Of a stretch of DNA of 64,000 nt, positions 7,919 through 17,538 are shown piece by piece. The stretch is from Promethearchaeota archaeon (GTDB lineage: Archaea; Asgardarchaeota; Heimdallarchaeia; Hodarchaeales; Hodarchaeaceae). Below the pieces are notes generated by a model. It saw only the letters and a list, made by a program, of their open reading frames with translations, was not told the origin of the DNA and did no database searches. Each line of letters starts with the position of its first letter. Position 1 is the first letter of the stretch. Location: assembly GCA_048939725.1 (NCBI GenBank), contig JBHLPG010000001.1, positions 31,782 to 95,781 on the forward strand, in the 5' to 3' direction. Made by a program: the position numbers and the translations under genes.

Positions 7919-9559
7919 TCAAGAAGATTGAAATTTTTTTGGATCTTTGAGGACATACCATCCATATTTAACTGCACAGATTTCTTTCTCAACCAAATCT
8001 CGTAAAACTTGTTTAATTTGTTCTTTGGGGAGTTTAACATCTGATGTCAGAAGGTTTGACTGTGCTTTATAATGAGGCCGTTGTAAAAGTGCTTTAATTA
8101 CTTCTTCTTCAGACGAGGAAAGATCTATATCCTTAGGCATTTTATATTGGATAGATTCTTTAACTTGAGTAAGAGAAGAACCCCGTTTATGCTCAAGGAT
8201 GTGTTTATCCTTTAGAATATACCAACCATAAGAAACACGTAAGATTCCTTTTTCAACTAGATTTCTTAAAACCTCTTTTAGAACGCTTTGTTTTAAGCCT
8301 GTTGGCCGCGTGAGGAGGTTTGATTGTGCTTTAAGATTTGGTCTTGACTTAATTGCTTTAATAGTAGCAATCTCTTCGGGTGTTAAACCTTCACCAACAC
8401 GAGAGATGCGAGGGGACTTCTTTTTCTTCTTTTTTCTCTCACCCTCACTAAATGTCTTCTTAAAGAAAGGTAAATGACTTTTTTTAATGATGTACCATCC
8501 AACTTGCGTTCTAAGGAGCCCTTTTGAGATTAAACTTCGTAAAAGCATTTCAGCTTCATCAATGGGGATATTTATGTCCTTAGCCAATATTTCTGGTTTT
8601 GTACGATGTTTAATTCGCATGTACGTTCGTTCAAGGATTTCCATTTCTGATTCAGTTGGTAGATCTTCCTCCCAATTATCACGTCTAAACAATGAAGTTG
8701 TCTGTTTTAAGTAAGGTTGAATAGTGTTTGAGTAGGATTTTTGAGGGGGGATAGGATGGAAAATATCAGATTCCATCTCATCAACAGAATCCTGAACTGT
8801 AGAATTATCTGTCTCTGCTGAGTCTTCTTCATAGTCGTGAACTTCAGAATCTATTGCTGAAGGAGAACTAGAAGTAAATGGGACTTCTACATCAACAGTG
8901 GATCTGGGAGTTAAATCTGATACCTCTTGAGTTGGCTGCTCTTCGATTAGATGATCTGAAAGGTATGACTCAGTAGGGAACTGATCTTTTTGTTGAAAAT
9001 CGCTATGTTTCTCAAAATCCCTCATGAAATTATCTTTCGATGCCATTACTGAGGTTATAGGGGATTTTGAACTAATCTGAGGTGTTTGTTTAGTTTTTTC
9101 TCGATTCGATATTCGGTGATTATTTGAAGCAATCGAATTCTGGCTAAAAATCAGGGTTTTTTGGGTTGAGCTAATTGAATAATCTTGGTTGTCCAGGAGG
9201 GTGATAATTTGGTTCGTCAATGTCTCGAACGGAGAGCCGATACCTTCTGCTTCAATAATGAGAGGTTCACCCACCTTAGTAGTAAAGGAATATTTGACTC
9301 TAATCTTCCTCAAGCTCAATTTATTTAAATTGAAAAATTCCTGAATTTCCCGGTTCATAACCGTTGATTCATCACCGTGGATTTCAAGAGTATAATCTTG
9401 TTCTGAGCGATTTTCTTCAATATAAAAAACAAGACTTGGAAAATCTGGAATCCGAGGAGTTGCATGAACACTATTCTCGATGAATTCAATATCACGGAAA
9501 CGACCACGTGCTTTTAAGAAATTTACAAAATCATTTAAAACCGTATTCTGACGATACAC
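7919..9559 (-). CDS. hypothetical protein: N-terminal globular domain, acidic/Ser-Thr-rich linker and three tandem winged-helix-like repeats
   Basis: 546 aa. Three repeats each end in a GWY[IV][IL]K motif (LISKGLLRTQVGWYIIKK / LVEKGILRVSYGWYILKD / LVEKEICAVKYGWYVLKD). Repeats 2 and 3 share RPxxKAQSNLLT. A K8 stretch lies between repeats 1 and 2. Confidence 0.6.
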   Translation of the reverse strand: MYRQNTVLNDFVNFLKARGRFRDIEFIENSVHATPRIPDFPSLVFYIEENRSEQDYTLEIHGDESTVMNREIQEFFNLNKLSLRKIRVKYSFTTKVGEPLIIEAEGIGSPFETLTNQIITLLDNQDYSISSTQKTLIFSQNSIASNNHRISNREKTKQTPQISSKSPITSVMASKDNFMRDFEKHSDFQQKDQFPTESYLSDHLIEEQPTQEVSDLTPRSTVDVEVPFTSSSPSAIDSEVHDYEEDSAETDNSTVQDSVDEMESDIFHPIPPQKSYSNTIQPYLKQTTSLFRRDNWEEDLPTESEMEILERTYMRIKHRTKPEILAKDINIPIDEAEMLLRSLISKGLLRTQVGWYIIKKSHLPFFKKTFSEGERKKKKKKSPRISRVGEGLTPEEIATIKAIKSRPNLKAQSNLLTRPTGLKQSVLKEVLRNLVEKGILRVSYGWYILKDKHILEHKRGSSLTQVKESIQYKMPKDIDLSSSEEEVIKALLQRPHYKAQSNLLTSDVKLPKEQIKQVLRDLVEKEICAVKYGWYVLKDPKKFQSS

Positions 9560-9858
9560 TCAAAACAAATCCCATTAAATGCGGAATAAAACCCATTGGA
9601 GAAAAAACAATAAAGATAATCCGACTAGAAGCTCTTTTGTATCGTCTTGAAAAACTTTTTGGTATTTCAGAGGGAGATCTCGATCTTTCAGAGCCTTTCG
9701 TAACATAATTTCGATTAAAACTGAATATGGGAATAAATTACTCGAACAAAGCATCAAATTAAGAACATTAAGAAATTACTGGGTAAATATGAAAGTCATT
9801 TCAAGAGAAATATACTTTCTGATTGTTTCAACAAACAGCTGAGGAAAAAAAGAGAGCT

Positions 9859-10326
9859 TCAACCTCTATTCAATAGTTTCTCACGAATTTCCTCTAGTGT
9901 TAAATCCTTGATCTCCTTACGAAGGTTCTCTGGAATAGAAAAAATTAAATTACTCATTCCTTCAAAATTCAATTGATCGGGATGTTGGAGAACCTCTTCC
10001 CATAAGGAAACATAATTATGCAAGGGGATTCCCAAAGGTGTTTGAGAAATCAACCTGTATTCATGTAAAGATTTATTTTCTTCTCTTCGTGAGTTAATTT
10101 GCTCCTGGACGGAAGAATTAATTCTTGGTGTCGGAACTCGCTCAACCAAACCAAAATAATACAACTCACCTAAGACCGCAACCACCGTCGGCATATCTGT
10201 ATCAAGGTTTCCCAAAGATTTCGTAATTTGAGGGATTGACATCGGTTGATCGGTGAGTAATTGTAGTATTGTAAGGGAGAGTGGATTATCCAAGAGCTTA
10301 GCTATCATTTCATGAAACTGCATCAT
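9859..10326 (-). CDS. winged helix-turn-helix protein (putative transcription regulator)
   Basis: 155 aa. The N-terminal LSLTILQLLTDQPMSIPQITKSLG...LGELYYFGLVERV resembles an ArsR/MarR-type wHTH. The C-terminal half is unassigned. Confidence 0.45.
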   Translation of the reverse strand: MMQFHEMIAKLLDNPLSLTILQLLTDQPMSIPQITKSLGNLDTDMPTVVAVLGELYYFGLVERVPTPRINSSVQEQINSRREENKSLHEYRLISQTPLGIPLHNYVSLWEEVLQHPDQLNFEGMSNLIFSIPENLRKEIKDLTLEEIREKLLNRG

Positions 10327-10478
10327 TCGAAAGAAAAATCAGGCTAGAATCTTAAATGGTTGCACTATAAAAAGACAATTAAAATACATGAACATCGGAT
10401 TCCATATCTAATATAGGCATTGGTCAACATATTTTTTCATAGATCGGGCAAAAATAAGGAAATAATAGAGGAGTCAAA

Positions 10479-11186
10479 ATGGCAGAACCCAATGGAAGTG
10501 ATACTATTGTCGAATGTATTGATTTAAAGAAATCTTACATTCTAGGGGAAGTAAAAGTGGATGCTTTAAGGGGAATTAATATGAAAATTAAGCGCGGGGA
10601 AATGGTAGCTATCCAAGGTCCATCAGGTTGTGGTAAAACAACCTTATTAAATATTATTGGATCGTTAGATTATCCTACCTCTGGAAAAGTGCTTCTTGAA
10701 GGGAAAGAAATCTCAACAGCTAGTGAACGGGAACTCACGGAAATACGTAGGAAGAGCGTGGGTTTTATCTTCCAATTCTATAATCTATTACCAGTGTTAA
10801 CGTCTCTAGAAAATGTAGAACTTCCAATGCTGATAGCAGGTAAATCAAAAGAAGAAAGACATGAAAGAGCAATGGATTTACTTGGGAAGGTGGGATTGCT
10901 TGAAAGAAAAGATCACAAGCCTGATGAGTTGAGTGGCGGAGAACGACAACGAGTCGCCATAGCTCGAGCCCTAGCTAACCATCCTTTAATTTTATTAGCA
11001 GATGAACCCACTGGAGACTTGGATACAGAAACAGGATTAGCAATAATCAAATTACTCAAAGAAATTAATAAGACTGAAAATCAAACATTAATTCTAGTGA
11101 CTCATGATGGTAATATAGCTAACCAATCAGAGAGAATTTTCCATATCATAGATGGGTTGATATCATCGGTACAAGAAGTAATATAA
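10479..11186 (+). CDS. ABC transporter ATP-binding protein (MacB/LolD/FtsE-like)
   Basis: 235 aa. Walker [10 protein letters not shown], signature [15 protein letters not shown], Walker [12 protein letters not shown] and an H-loop (VTHD). No permease gene is adjacent. Confidence 0.9.
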   Translation: MAEPNGSDTIVECIDLKKSYILGEVKVDALRGINMKIKRGEMVAIQGPSGCGKTTLLNIIGSLDYPTSGKVLLEGKEISTASERELTEIRRKSVGFIFQFYNLLPVLTSLENVELPMLIAGKSKEERHERAMDLLGKVGLLERKDHKPDELSGGERQRVAIARALANHPLILLADEPTGDLDTETGLAIIKLLKEINKTENQTLILVTHDGNIANQSERIFHIIDGLISSVQEVI

Positions 11187-11207
11187 GAATAACTATGAAC
11201 CTAATAT

Positions 11208-12155
11208 CTAAATGAGTAAAGCACGGAGGGAATCATTACCTGTTCTTTTGGATTCCTCGTCTAGGATCTTTATCAGCTCCTTAAACCGATTTCTTATAGT
11301 CACAGGAGTGATTTTTGCAACATTAGCGATTTCCTGTTGAGTTCTCCGTTCCCCAGTTTGGATTGTTGAAATGTAAAGAGCAGCTGCAGCAAGACTCATT
11401 GGATTTTTTCCAACAGTTGCTCCTCTACTCCTTGCAATATTTAGAATTTCGACTGCCTGCCTACGTGCTTTCATCGTAACACGTAAACTAATACCTAGAC
11501 GATGAACTAGGGCAGAATAGTCACTTGGAAATACTTTCAAGTCTAGCTTCTGAAGAATTATACGAATACAGCGCCCAAGTTCTTTAGATGAAATATTGGA
11601 AACCGATGCAATGTCCTTCAACGTTTGAGGTAATTTCTTTCTGCGACAAGCTAAATAGAGGCTGGCGGAAATCATGCCATCAATAGAGCGCCCACGAATG
11701 AGATTCCGCTTGAGGGCTTTTCGATAAATCATTGCTCCCATCTCAGCAACATCTTCAGGGAGCTCTAGCTGACTTTTGATCCTTTTTAATTCTTTGAGGG
11801 CAAATCTTAAGTTACGAATCTCTGACTTTCGAGTTCGATTATCGATTCGTGATAAGCGTCGGTACTTAGTTTGGGACGAAAAAGGAAGCGTTTTGCCCGA
11901 AATATCCTTTCGGATATTACCAATCTGTGTTCGTAAGCCCATTTCAGCTTTTAAGGGAGTAATAGGGCTCCCTGTGCGAGACCGTTCCGCAAGTTCACTA
12001 GAATTATATGCCCGCCATTCAGGCCCCATATCGATTTGCATGTCAAGTACCAAGCCACAAGAAGCGCATATGCTAGTCCCTTTCGTAAAGTCCATAACTA
12101 TATCGACACTACCACATTCGGGACATTTGGGTTCTTGAGATGCAACAGGCGGCAA
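11208..12155 (-). CDS. tfb: transcription initiation factor TFB (TFIIB)
   Basis: 315 aa. N-terminal Zn ribbon CPECGS...CASCGLV followed by two cyclin-like repeats. TTG start with AGGAGG 9 nt upstream. Confidence 0.93.
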   Translation of the reverse strand: MPPVASQEPKCPECGSVDIVMDFTKGTSICASCGLVLDMQIDMGPEWRAYNSSELAERSRTGSPITPLKAEMGLRTQIGNIRKDISGKTLPFSSQTKYRRLSRIDNRTRKSEIRNLRFALKELKRIKSQLELPEDVAEMGAMIYRKALKRNLIRGRSIDGMISASLYLACRRKKLPQTLKDIASVSNISSKELGRCIRIILQKLDLKVFPSDYSALVHRLGISLRVTMKARRQAVEILNIARSRGATVGKNPMSLAAAALYISTIQTGERRTQQEIANVAKITPVTIRNRFKELIKILDEESKRTGNDSLRALLI

Positions 12156-12222
12156 AAGAGGGCCCTCCTAAAGGTTGAGAACTGAATCAGGTCTCATCCC
12201 CACAAATACCCCCCATACATGT

Positions 12223-12246
12223 TTAAAAGGTTTTTCTTAAAAGGTT
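12223..12246 (-). promoter_or_regulatory. two copies of the TATA-like decamer AACCTTTTAA upstream of tfb
   Basis: TTAAAAGGTT occurs at 12223-12232 and 12237-12246 on the plus strand, about 70-90 nt upstream of the tfb start. Confidence 0.35.
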
Positions 12247-12400
12247 TTATCAATAAAAAATATTTTTTTTGGAAAATAATGTCTTGAAATTAAACATTAT
12301 CATGTTTTAAGTCATAAAGAAGCCTAAAATTGATTTTCATTGAAATTTTAGAATTTCATTAACTTATACCAACATTATCTGGGACTTTGTAATAACTCTC

Positions 12401-12419
12401 TTTATAAAGCTTTATAAAG
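12401..12419 (+). promoter_or_regulatory. tandem duplicated TATA box (TTTATAAAG C TTTATAAAG) upstream of tbp
   Basis: Two perfect archaeal TATA-consensus-like copies at 12401-12409 and 12411-12419, 20-40 nt upstream of the first possible tbp start codons. Confidence 0.5.
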
Positions 12420-12439
12420 AGAGGGGAAGGTAATATCTT

Positions 12440-13074
<635 letters not shown>

Positions 13075-13078
<4 letters not shown>

Positions 13079-14595
13079 GTTGAATCTTTTTGAATGAACT
13101 CAAATCCCTCTTGTATGGCTGCAGGAACGTTTCGGAGAAGATTTGAGAGATTAAAGTTCTTTTTTACAAGTTCTCCAGCTCTTCCATTAATATATGTCCC
13201 GATACAAGCAGAATAAAATGGTATTTCTGTTTGGGTAAGAAATCCAGCGATTAAACCTGCTAGAATGTCACCTGTTCCTCCCCGTGTCATTTGAGGTGTC
13301 CCTGTTTTATTAATTTTCAACCTTTCTGTTTGATCGGTTACAATATCCCAATGTCCTTTAATTACCCAAATATTGGGAAAATGCCTTGAAACCTCTTGGA
13401 CCAGCTCACATCGTTCAAAGAATTTATAGTGGCCTGTAGGGATTGAGATATCTGTAAGTGTGGCAAATTCTCCCGCGTGGGGTGTCAGGATTGTTTTGGG
13501 AGTTACATCTATCATGTTGAGAAGTTTAAGTGCATCAGCATCTATTACAATTGATTTGTCGAATTGTTTAACTAATTTCAAAACCTCAGAGACCGCTTTT
13601 TTGGTATCTGAATGTTGGCCTAATCCAGGTCCTAAAGCAATAACATCATTTTGCTCAATTAACTCTCTTGATAGTGAATCCACTGTTAAGTGTGGAGAGG
13701 GGTAATCATATACAATAAATTCTGGTGAATATGAGCGAATTACAGTACTGACTTTCTCTGGGGACAATATTGAAACCAAATCAACTCCTGCTTGAACAGC
13801 TCCCATTCCGGTAAGTGCTGGTGCACCAGAATATGTTTCATTTCCTCCAATGACTAATATCCTTCCATTATCTCCTTTCTTAGACCACGAACTACGGGAT
13901 TTAAGGGCCAATAAGTCACCTGGTCCTATGATCTTTTCTGCTTCAGGTGGGATCCCGATTGGTAAAACTCGAATTTGTCCAGCATTTTTGTCTGTTAAGC
14001 CTTGTTTTTGTTTATGAAATATTCCTGTATATTGTGGAGTCAAAAATACAGTTGCTGATCCTCCTGTATTTGGATCAATTCCTGTAGGCGTATCAGCACT
14101 AATTACAATAGCTCCCTGTTTTTGCCATCGTTTTATTATTTTGATTAAAGTAGCTAAAGGCTCCCTTAGTCTCCCTTTCATTCCTGTTCCAAGTATACAA
14201 TCCACAATCAAAGATTTTGAGTTGATTTTCAGATTTTTTATATCCTCAGTCTGTTTTAGTTCCGTAAGATTAACAGATTCAGACATATTTTGCAGAATTT
14301 TCCAATTTTGAAGCGTTGACAGTTTAGTGATATTCTTATGCGATCCTATTAGAAAAACGTGGATTGGTAAGTTACGAGAGAGATGTCGTGCTGCTACCAT
14401 TCCATCCCCTCCATTTCCACCTTTTCCAACAAAGATCACTATATCAGATAATTTACTCGCTGAATAAACTTCCCAAACCAGCTCTGCTAGTCCTTTCCCA
14501 GCATTTTCCATCAGAATAATACGGTTCACACCAAGATATTCGGAGTTTACATCCGCAATACTCATTTCAAGAGTAGAGATCTTCTCTGAATTCAC
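13075..14595 (-). CDS. nnr: bifunctional NAD(P)H-hydrate repair enzyme Nnr (YjeF-N epimerase / YjeF-C dehydratase)
   Basis: 506 aa. GKGGNGGDG motif in the N-terminal half. Carbohydrate-kinase-like C-terminal half with GGTGDILAG. Confidence 0.85.
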
Positions 14596-14732
14596 ATTTA
14601 ATCACCAGAGACAATATAACGAAGGCACGCAAAGAACGATTAGCCTATTACCCATACTTTCTGAAAAATTTTACCACCAATAAATTTTCAAAGTTCCCGA
14701 AACTTTTCAAACCATTAAAGGATAGATGTGAT

Positions 14733-16190
14733 TTGGACTATCTATTTCTTTTCCTCTTGAGTATTAACATCATTTCAGGGATTCTTCTATTCCCATATCC
14801 AATTAACATGTTTCTCCTCGCGGTTTCATCACGGAAATGGAAGGATCCTCAAATTAAGGATTATTATAAAGAACACGAATTACCTAGAGTCACGATTCAG
14901 TTACCAATTTTCAATGAGTATAGAATTATACAACGTACTCTTACGAACATTACTAGACTGATATATCCTAAAGGAAAACTTCATATCCAAGTTTTAGATG
15001 ACTCTACAGACCAAACATCAGCAATTCTTGATACAGAAGTTCTACTCCTTAAAAAACAGGGATTCAATATCGAAATAATTCGTAGGAGGAGTCGGGAGGG
15101 GTATAAAGCTGGTGCCCTAGCAAATGGATTAAATCATGGGACTTCAGAGTTTATATTGATTTTAGATGCTGATTTCCAACTCAATCCCCATTTTTTGGAA
15201 CAGAGTATACATTATTTCAAGAACAACGATAAGCTAGGTGCCATTCAGACCCGCTGGGTTCATTCTAATCTTTATTACTCTTTATTCACGCGGTCTATGG
15301 CGATTGGGCTTGATGGCCATTTTCTTATTGAGAAACCAGGTCGTAAAAGGAGAAAAGCTTTCATCACTTTTAATGGAACGGGAGGGATATGGCGGCGTTC
15401 AGTAATAGAGGAAAGCGGAGGATGGTCTTCAGCAACGCTTGCAGAAGACTTGGATCTAGCTTATCGTGCTCAGATGAAGAGTTATGAGATCATTTATCTA
15501 TCTAATGTTACTAATTCACAAGAAATCCCTCCTACGCTTCGTTGTTGGATAATACAGCAAAGTAGATGGTCAAAGGGTTTTTCTCAGAATATAAGGAAGA
15601 ATTATATTGCATTTTGGAAGAATTCAAGAGGGAAGTCACGCATACAAGGGACTCTCCATCAGACACAATATTTGGCCCCCCTATTGATCTTAGTTATAAC
15701 CATATCTGGCTCTTTGTTGATATTTTTTCCTGAATATGATGTTAACTTGTTATCTACTTTAGGTATCCTTTATTCTATCGCAGCTACATTAGGTATCATA
15801 GCCTATGTGATTTCAGTACATCGAGCACAAAGGCCAACCAAAGATATTTTTCTAATTCCATTATTTCTTTTCTGGGGAGCTGGATTAATTGTAAGAATGG
15901 GATTAGCTACAATATATGGATTTTTTCAGAAAGGTGGAGAATTCAAACGAACACCTAAGTACAATTTATTTGACAAGAAGAAAACATCCTCAACAAACAC
16001 AAGGGAGAGAATTCCATTAGATAAAGTCTTTCTAGCCGAATTGGGCTATATGGTGATTATTAGTTTGGGTTTACTTAAAGGAATAGAGTTGGGGGGGCTG
16101 TTTTTGTCACAAGTAATCTTTAACTTATTTCTACTTTTAAGCTTGCTAAATTTGGTGTTTTCCGAACTACTCCATGCTTTTGTGAGATAA
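14733..16190 (+). CDS. family 2 glycosyltransferase, processive (cellulose/chitin-synthase-like), membrane-integrated
   Basis: 485 aa. DDSTD, LDADF and QQSRWSKG (QxxRW) motifs with flanking TM helices. TTG start. Confidence 0.8.
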   Translation: MDYLFLFLLSINIISGILLFPYPINMFLLAVSSRKWKDPQIKDYYKEHELPRVTIQLPIFNEYRIIQRTLTNITRLIYPKGKLHIQVLDDSTDQTSAILDTEVLLLKKQGFNIEIIRRRSREGYKAGALANGLNHGTSEFILILDADFQLNPHFLEQSIHYFKNNDKLGAIQTRWVHSNLYYSLFTRSMAIGLDGHFLIEKPGRKRRKAFITFNGTGGIWRRSVIEESGGWSSATLAEDLDLAYRAQMKSYEIIYLSNVTNSQEIPPTLRCWIIQQSRWSKGFSQNIRKNYIAFWKNSRGKSRIQGTLHQTQYLAPLLILVITISGSLLIFFPEYDVNLLSTLGILYSIAATLGIIAYVISVHRAQRPTKDIFLIPLFLFWGAGLIVRMGLATIYGFFQKGGEFKRTPKYNLFDKKKTSSTNTRERIPLDKVFLAELGYMVIISLGLLKGIELGGLFLSQVIFNLFLLLSLLNLVFSELLHAFVR

Positions 16191-16192
16191 TT

Positions 16193-16606
16193 TTATCTTC
16201 TATCAATCCCTAGACAGTCATGCTTCTCTGGTAAGCGGTGTTCCGCACAAAAATAGCGATTGCAATAGCTACAGGTAAAACCCATCAATTCTTTCCTTCC
16301 ACAATGTTCACATAACCCTTTCATTACAGTTTTTTTGGTCATTTTGGGTGGAGGGATAATAGTTGGGCGGAAGGATGCCGATCGGGGAGTATAATACTGA
16401 TTGTAAGAAGGGGATCGTGTATGGTTCCGCATAGGTTGAATAATAAAGACATAAATTATTATTAAAGAAGAAAATATTGTTATTCCGCCTAGGAGGAGTA
16501 AATTCAACCAAGGTTCTGATGAAAAGAGTGATACAACAACGATTGAGATAATGGAAAAGATCCCAATAATAAATGCAATTTGTTCGTTTTGTGTCAGTTC
16601 ATACAA
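16193..16606 (-). CDS. membrane-anchored AN1-type zinc-finger protein
   Basis: 137 aa. Two N-terminal TM helices, a Pro-rich linker, then CEHCGRKELMGFTCSYCNRYFCAEHRLPEKHDC (AN1 pattern). The TTG start overlaps the upstream stop (TTGTATGA). Confidence 0.7.
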   Translation of the reverse strand: MYELTQNEQIAFIIGIFSIISIVVVSLFSSEPWLNLLLLGGITIFSSLIIIYVFIIQPMRNHTRSPSYNQYYTPRSASFRPTIIPPPKMTKKTVMKGLCEHCGRKELMGFTCSYCNRYFCAEHRLPEKHDCLGIDRR

Positions 16607-17195
16607 GAATAATCCCTCCTAACATTCCAAACGGATGAAAAAGCCATAAAATTAGGGTCAAGGAGAATATTAATATAAAGATTGTCTGACTCCACCTGAG
16701 AACCTTCGCGCCATCGAGAACAGAAAATGGAAGCAGATTAAACAAGGCTAGGTCAAAAGAGAACTTGCTAACAAATACAAAAATTGTCACAAGCCAATTA
16801 AAAGGCATTAATGGAGATAATACTAAGAAAATTCCTCCAATGAAAATGTTTGTAAGCGGTCCAGCCATGGAAATCCGCCCAGAAGTATCTAATCTATAAT
16901 CTCCAGAAGATAAGACAACTCCAGGAGCAATGATCTTTATAGGAAAAACTACCGAAAATAGAGAAAACATTGCCATATATGGATCCAAGCGAAAGTGTGA
17001 GACCAAACCGTTTCCTTGAGCTACAAATTTATGCGCTAATTCATGAAAAAACCACAAAGGTATGATTAATAACGCTAGAAATAGTAGTTCTAGAATTGTA
17101 TCGAAGTAGTAGATCGCCAGAGAGAGCTCAACTAAAACAAATATTGCTGTTCCAATTAATAAATCACGCTTTTCAATTTGTGTGAAGGAAAACAT
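16599..17195 (-). CDS. site-2-protease-type membrane metalloprotease (peptidase M50 family)
   Basis: 198 aa, polytopic. HELAHKF (HExxH) and NLLPFSVLDGAKV (NxxPxxxLDG) motifs. Confidence 0.75.
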   Translation of the reverse strand: MFSFTQIEKRDLLIGTAIFVLVELSLAIYYFDTILELLFLALLIIPLWFFHELAHKFVAQGNGLVSHFRLDPYMAMFSLFSVVFPIKIIAPGVVLSSGDYRLDTSGRISMAGPLTNIFIGGIFLVLSPLMPFNWLVTIFVFVSKFSFDLALFNLLPFSVLDGAKVLRWSQTIFILIFSLTLILWLFHPFGMLGGIILV

Positions 17196-17216
17196 CCTAA
17201 ATAGCGACCTCTCTCC

Positions 17217-17411
17217 TCACTTATCACTGATTTGGTTGACCAATTTTTCCCACGTACCAAGTTCCTGTTTCAATAATTCTTCAATAGCAATCCTCAAAAA
17301 GTGAGACCGTGATTCATACTGCTCGATACGTACAAAATTGTCTATAAGGATAAGTATCTGATCTGGGATCTTAATACTGATAGGTTTCTGACGTGTCATT
17401 GATACGTCCAC
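17217..17411 (-). CDS. ribbon-helix-helix (CopG/NikR-like) DNA-binding protein
   Basis: 64 aa. ISIKIPDQILILIDNFVRIEQYESRSHFLRIAIEELL fits the RHH pattern. Directly upstream of the M50 protease gene. Confidence 0.6.
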   Translation of the reverse strand: MDVSMTRQKPISIKIPDQILILIDNFVRIEQYESRSHFLRIAIEELLKQELGTWEKLVNQISDK

Positions 17412-17538
17412 TCAATATTTTGGTTTCTAGCTAATAGTTTCACTTATTATATTTGTTCTTTCATTTTTTTAAATGCTTTCTCGAAACAATTTTATATCTT
17501 GACTATCTTGCTTAATTTTTAGAGTACGGTGGCCTGAA

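Noticed and set aside
9508-9757. Two overlapping 60-66-aa ORFs (9508..9708 +, 9575..9757 -) in the spacer between the 3xWH gene and the wHTH gene
   Set aside because: No SD or start context and no recognisable motifs. The two are mutually antisense, so they are most likely a non-coding promoter/leader region.
10479-11186. Orphan ABC ATPase without an adjacent permease as a possible novel system component
   Set aside because: MacB/LolD-type ATPases are often encoded apart from their permeases in fragmented genomes. Nothing else in the neighbourhood (wHTH, tfb) suggests a functional module.
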